DNA of 64,000 nt from Trueperaceae bacterium (GTDB lineage: Bacteria; Deinococcota; Deinococci; Deinococcales; Trueperaceae). Under the pieces are notes generated by a model. The model was not told where the DNA came from, did not search any database, and saw only the letters and a list, made by a program, of their open reading frames with translations. Shown here one piece after another: positions 59,628-64,000 of this stretch; position 1 is the first letter of the stretch, and each line of letters opens with the position of its first letter. The stretch spans positions 4,416,001 to 4,480,000 of the forward strand of contig OZ243956.1 in assembly GCA_965214405.1 (NCBI GenBank), written 5' to 3'. The translations under genes were made by a program, and so were the position numbers.

Positions 59628-61331
59628 CTAGAACACCGGCGTCTCGCGGTACACCCCCCACAGCTCTTTGAGCGTCTCGACAAGGTCGCCCATCGTCGCG
59701 CCCGCTTTGACTAAGTCGATGGTGACGGGGAGGAGGTTGACGCTTTCGTCTTGAGCCTCGAGGCGCAGCCTTGCCAACAAACGTTCGATTTCCGCCTCGT
59801 CGCGCTCCTCGCGTACCCGTTTTAAGCGCGCAATCTGGCGCTCGGCGGTCTCGAGGTCGTAAGGATGCGTTTCGATGTCGGCGTCGTCTTCATTGTCGGT
59901 GTAAAGGTTCACGCCGACCACGGGTTTTTCGCCCGAGGCCTTTTTGAGCGCCGTCTCGTAGGCAAAGTCGGCTATGTGGCGCTGAAACCAGCCCGACTCG
60001 ATGAGCTTCAGGGTACCGCCGCGCCGCTCGATGTCGTCCAGGGTCTCAAAGATGCGTTTTTCAAAGTCGTTGGTCAGGCTCTCGACAAAGTACGAGCCGC
60101 CCAGGGGGTCGACCACGTCGGTGACGTTGGTTTCTTCGGCAATGATTTGCTGCGTTCTCAACGCGAGCTTCATCGCCTCTTCGGTGGGGATGGCGAAAGC
60201 CTCGTCCATCCCGTTGGTGTGCAGACTCTGCGCGCCGCCCAAAACCGCCGCGAGCGCCTGAAAGCCGGTGCGGACTAGGTTATTCATGTACTGCGGGCGC
60301 GTCAGGGTGGCGGCGGCGGTCTGGCAGTGAAAGCGCAGGCGCATCGAGGCGGGATTTTTCGCGCCGAAACGGTCGCGCATGATGCGGGCGTAGGCGCGGC
60401 GCGCGGCGCGGAACTTAGCAACTTCTTCAAACAAATCGGCCTGCGACACGAAGAAGAACGATAGGCGCGGCGCGAAGTCGTCGATGTCTAAGCCCGTTTC
60501 CAGAATCCGCTCGACGTAGGTGATGGTGTTGGCGAGCGTAAAGGCGACCTCGTGCAAAGGCGAGCCGCCCGCCTCGGAGATGTGGTAGCCCGAGAGGTTG
60601 AGCGGGTTGAAACGCTTCATGTGCTCCGCGCAGTAGACGACGCAGTCGCGCACGAGTCTAACGGAGGGCTCAATCGGATAAATCCACTCCTTTTGCGCCA
60701 TGTACTCTTTGAGAATGTCCGCCTGGACGGTGCCGGAGAGCTTGTTGAGGTCGTAGCCCCGCTCTTCGGCCAGCGCTACGTACATCGCCAGCAGAATCCA
60801 GGCGGTGGGGTTAATCGTCATCGAGACCGAAATGTTTTCTAGGTCGATGCCGTCAAAGAGGGCGCGCATATCGGCCAAGGTATCGACCGCCACGCCCTCG
60901 CGCCCCACCTCGCCCTCGCTCATCGGGTGGTCGCTGTCGTAGCCCATCAGGGTCGGCATGTCGAAGTCCGTCGAGATGCCCGTTTGACCCTGACCGATAA
61001 GATATTTGAAGCGCTTGTTGGTGTCCTCGCCGGTGCCGAAGCCCGCGATTTGCCGCATCGTCCAGGTGCGGCCCCGGTACATGGTCGGGTAGGGGCCGCG
61101 GGTAAAAGGAAATTGGCCGGGCAACCCCAGCGCGTCCTCGCTCATGTCTACGGTGTCAAGTTCGGTGTAAACGCGCTGCAAGGGAATACCGCCGTTGGTG
61201 CTGAAGGTCTCCTTGCGCTCGGGCTGACGCGCGACAAAGCTCGCCACTTCGTTTTCGTTCCAGTCGGCCAGCTTCTCCCGCATCTCTTTTAACTTTTCGT
61301 CTTGCACCCCAGTCTCTTCTTTAACGTCCAT
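59628..61331 (-). CDS. hcmA: B12-dependent acyl-CoA mutase large subunit, 2-hydroxyisobutyryl-CoA mutase type
   Basis: WTMRQIAGFGTGEDTNKRF has Ile where MCM has Tyr and ICM has Phe. Also ISTDFDMPTLMGYDSD, and the C-terminus YRETPVF as in HcmA. Confidence 0.9.
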   Translation of the reverse strand: MDVKEETGVQDEKLKEMREKLADWNENEVASFVARQPERKETFSTNGGIPLQRVYTELDTVDMSEDALGLPGQFPFTRGPYPTMYRGRTWTMRQIAGFGTGEDTNKRFKYLIGQGQTGISTDFDMPTLMGYDSDHPMSEGEVGREGVAVDTLADMRALFDGIDLENISVSMTINPTAWILLAMYVALAEERGYDLNKLSGTVQADILKEYMAQKEWIYPIEPSVRLVRDCVVYCAEHMKRFNPLNLSGYHISEAGGSPLHEVAFTLANTITYVERILETGLDIDDFAPRLSFFFVSQADLFEEVAKFRAARRAYARIMRDRFGAKNPASMRLRFHCQTAAATLTRPQYMNNLVRTGFQALAAVLGGAQSLHTNGMDEAFAIPTEEAMKLALRTQQIIAEETNVTDVVDPLGGSYFVESLTNDFEKRIFETLDDIERRGGTLKLIESGWFQRHIADFAYETALKKASGEKPVVGVNLYTDNEDDADIETHPYDLETAERQIARLKRVREERDEAEIERLLARLRLEAQDESVNLLPVTIDLVKAGATMGDLVETLKELWGVYRETPVF

Positions 61332-61334
61332 CCC

Positions 61335-62327
61335 TTACTCCCTTCTAAAACTCGCCAACAGCTCGTCGGCGGCGGCGTGGGGGGAAAGCTCGAGCCTTAA
61401 CAACTTCCCTGTCAGCGCGCCCACCGCCCCGTCCTGGCGGTTGGCAAACTCGCTACGCAGCCGCGCTTCGGCGGCCTTGAGCATCCGGTAGCGGGCGATG
61501 CGCTCGCGGCGCGTCCTGAGTTCGTCGGTATCTTTGAGATGCCTCAAGTGACGGTCTACCGCGTCCACAAGTTCCCCCACGCCCTCGCCGCGCTCGGCGC
61601 TCGTCGGCAGCACGGGCACCTGCCACGCCGCCGCGCCCAATCCCAGCCCCATCATCAGCATGTGCTTAAGTTCGGTGATGGTGCGGTCGGCGTCGGAGCG
61701 GTCGCACTTGCTCACCACGTGCAAGTCGGCAATTTCCAGCACGCCCGCCTTGATGGCCTGGATGTCGTCGCCCAGCCCCGGCGCCGACACGACGACGGTG
61801 GTATGCGCGGCCTGGACCACCTCGATTTCGTCCTGGCCCACCCCGACCGTTTCGATGAGGACCAGGTCGAACCCAGCGGCGTCCACGATATCGACCGCGT
61901 CGAGCGTGGCGGCGGCGAGACCGCCGAGCGAGCCACGCGTCGCCATCGAGCGGATGTAGACGCCGGGGTCACCGGCCACCTCGTTCATGCGGATGCGGTC
62001 GCCCAGAATAGAGCCGCCCGAAAAGGGGCTGGTGGGGTCGATGGCGATAACCGCCACGCGGCGACCGCTCCGGCGCACCGCCTTGACGAGTTCGCGGACC
62101 AGCGTGGACTTGCCGCTACCAGGCACCCCCGTGATGCCGACGATGTGCGCGCCTCCCGCGTGGCGAAAAATCTCGTCCAGCGCCTCACGGCATTCGGGCG
62201 CAAGCGCCTCAGCGCGAGAGATAAGCCGCGCCATCGCGGGAACCTCGCCCGCCAGCACGCGGGGGACGAGCTCGAGCGAAGGCTTGGGTTTCGTCTTAGA
62301 TTTTACTTCAGGACCTGCCCTACCCAT
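61335..62327 (-). CDS. meaH: MeaB-like G-protein chaperone of the mutase (MeaH)
   Basis: GVPGSGKST, IDPTSPFSGGSILGDRIRM, ETVGVGQ and KAGVLEIAD motifs. Confidence 0.9.
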   Translation of the reverse strand: MGRAGPEVKSKTKPKPSLELVPRVLAGEVPAMARLISRAEALAPECREALDEIFRHAGGAHIVGITGVPGSGKSTLVRELVKAVRRSGRRVAVIAIDPTSPFSGGSILGDRIRMNEVAGDPGVYIRSMATRGSLGGLAAATLDAVDIVDAAGFDLVLIETVGVGQDEIEVVQAAHTTVVVSAPGLGDDIQAIKAGVLEIADLHVVSKCDRSDADRTITELKHMLMMGLGLGAAAWQVPVLPTSAERGEGVGELVDAVDRHLRHLKDTDELRTRRERIARYRMLKAAEARLRSEFANRQDGAVGALTGKLLRLELSPHAAADELLASFRRE

Positions 62328-63760
62328 CAGCCCCGTTCCTCCAAACGCGCGCGCAGGTCGCGGAACAAGTCGCGGTCGTCCACCACGCGCCGCGCCTTGA
62401 AGTCGGTGCGGGGCAGCTCGCCCTGCGGGGTCACCTCGATTTGCGTGCGGATGCCCAAAACCGTCTGGAGCTTCGTCCCGGCTCGAGCCCCAAGCTCGCT
62501 CAGCGCGGTTTCACCCCCCTCGTAAAGGTCGGGGGTGGCCTCGAGCCGGACCAAAAGCTCGTCCATGCTGCCGTCCCGCGAGATGATGATGCGGTGCTCG
62601 CCGCCGTAGCCCGAGAGCTCATTCAGGGCGGCGTCCACCTCGCTTGGGTAGACGTTCTCGCCGCGCACCACAAAGGCGTCGTCGATGCGGCCAAAGATGC
62701 CGTGCGGCAGGCGCGGATAGGTGCGGCCACAGGCCGACGGCCCCGCCTCCCACAAGGTGAGGTCGCCCGAAAGGAGGCGAATCATCGGCTGCGAGGTGCG
62801 CTCCAGATGCGTGTAGACGGGCGTGCCCCGCTCGCCGTAGGGCACGCGGACGTGGCTTTCGGGGTCGCAGACTTCGGTGTAAATGACGTCTTGCCACAGG
62901 AGCATCCCCTCGGACGCTTCACGCGAGCCCGCCGCGTTCATCCACGGCGTCATCTCGGCCATCGTGCCCGAGTCGATGACCCCGCAGCCGAAGGTGTCTT
63001 GGATGCGGCGGCGGATACCGGGCAAGGACGCGCCAGGCTCGCCCGAAAAGAACATCACGCGGATGCCGAAGTCGCGCGGCTCGAGCCCCGCCTCGGCGGC
63101 CACCTCGGCCAAATGCAGTGCGTAGGACGGCGTGCTGTAAAAGGCGCTCGGTTTGATTTGCTCGAGCCACCCCACCGCGCGCCGCGTCATCCCGGGTGCG
63201 CCCGCGCCAAAAGGAAAGGCCGTCGCGCCCAAACGCTCGGCCCCTAGAAGCGCCCCCCACGAGCCCATGTAGAGACTCAGCACCGCTGCCACGAAGACCG
63301 TGTCGCCGGGGCGGATGCCCATCCCCCACATCACGCGGGCGTGGGCGTTGGCAATCGCGTCCCAGTCACTTTTGCCGATGGCGAACACCGTGGGCGTGCC
63401 CGTGGTGCCCGAGGTGCCGTGGATGTGAAACACGTCACTCTCGGGGATGCACAGGTAGTCGCCGAACTTGGGCGCTCGAGCCTGCGCCTCGCGCAAGTCT
63501 TGTTTGGTAATCACCGGCACCCGCGTCTCGAAATCCTCCAAAGACTTGAGCTGGTCGGGATGAAAACCTGCTTCGGACCAGATGCGGCGGTAGAAGGGTG
63601 CGTGCTCCCAGGCGTAGCGCGTCACCTCCTTGAGGCGTTCCAAGATGGCCCCCTCGCGCGCCTCGGGGGGCATCGTTTCACGTTTAGGAAACCAGTAGCG
63701 CGAGCTTGTGTCGGGCCGGTAGTCAGGGGCGAATCGGGGCGGAAAGGTCCAGAACTCCAC
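62327..63760 (-). CDS. hcl: PaaK-like acyl-CoA ligase, probably 2-hydroxyisobutyrate-CoA ligase
   Basis: HGTSGTTGTP, SGEPG, GRIDD..VRGENVYP and KARRVVD motifs. Lies between the hcmB-like and meaH-like genes. Confidence 0.82.
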   Translation of the reverse strand: MEFWTFPPRFAPDYRPDTSSRYWFPKRETMPPEAREGAILERLKEVTRYAWEHAPFYRRIWSEAGFHPDQLKSLEDFETRVPVITKQDLREAQARAPKFGDYLCIPESDVFHIHGTSGTTGTPTVFAIGKSDWDAIANAHARVMWGMGIRPGDTVFVAAVLSLYMGSWGALLGAERLGATAFPFGAGAPGMTRRAVGWLEQIKPSAFYSTPSYALHLAEVAAEAGLEPRDFGIRVMFFSGEPGASLPGIRRRIQDTFGCGVIDSGTMAEMTPWMNAAGSREASEGMLLWQDVIYTEVCDPESHVRVPYGERGTPVYTHLERTSQPMIRLLSGDLTLWEAGPSACGRTYPRLPHGIFGRIDDAFVVRGENVYPSEVDAALNELSGYGGEHRIIISRDGSMDELLVRLEATPDLYEGGETALSELGARAGTKLQTVLGIRTQIEVTPQGELPRTDFKARRVVDDRDLFRDLRARLEERG

Positions 63761-63771
63761 GCGTGACCCCC

Positions 63772-63999
63772 CTACCGCGGGCCGCGCTCGGCGACCAAGC
63801 GCTCCACCGTCTCGACGATGGCCTGGGGCGGCGTGTCTTGCAGCAGCACCTCCTGCACGCCCAATTCTTTGAGCTTGACCACGTCCTCGTCGGGCATGAC
63901 GCCGCCGCCCAGCACGATGATGTCCTCGCCGCCGCCCTCGCGGAGCAGCCCCAGCACCTTGGGGAACACCGTCATGTGCGCGCCCGACAAGAGGCTGAT
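63772..63999 (-). CDS. hcmB: Cobalamin-binding small subunit of the mutase (partial; runs off the window end)
   Basis: SLLSGAHMT...VLGGGVMPDED..L..GV. Confidence 0.85.
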   Translation of the reverse strand: MSLLSGAHMTVFPKVLGLLREGGGEDIIVLGGGVMPDEDVVKLKELGVQEVLLQDTPPQAIVETVERLVAERGPR

Positions 64000-64000
64000 G

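Noticed and set aside
59628..61331. Ordinary methylmalonyl-CoA mutase
   Set aside because: It has RQIAG rather than RQYAG, and the operon includes a dedicated CoA ligase.

Overview
Roughly 60-65% GC chromosomal segment, very probably from a Deinococcota bacterium (Trueperaceae-like). The evidence is a GlnRS-Yqey fusion, a pseudohelicase PriA, the smpB-amidase-GerMN gene order and many leaderless -10 promoters. Housekeeping genes (purM, priA, smpB, glnS, nrnA-like, tRNA-Ile-GAT, tRNA-Arg-CCT) are mixed with accessory blocks. These include a BVMO/esterase/SDR operon, a ~1030-aa secreted collagen-like protein, and a duplicated DUF72/GIY-YIG hotspot carrying ars, GyrI-like and Panacea genes. Also present are an FMN-riboswitch RibXY-like transporter, a MASE1-GGDEF-EAL protein, a sugar ABC operon, a DUF1175/alpha-2-macroglobulin locus and a 2-hydroxyisobutyryl-CoA mutase (hcmB-hcl-meaH-hcmA) operon. 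Most notable: two unrelated IS elements both have their transposase split by a +1 frameshift at the same signal, a GC hairpin directly followed by TTTTCCCCCC, which suggests terminator-like transcriptional slippage. Other highlights are a stand-alone EF-G domain IV-like gene, strong CTCGAG over-representation, and many 10-19 bp tandem duplications, some breaking genes or duplicating an RBS. All family calls come from reading motifs by eye; no database search was run.
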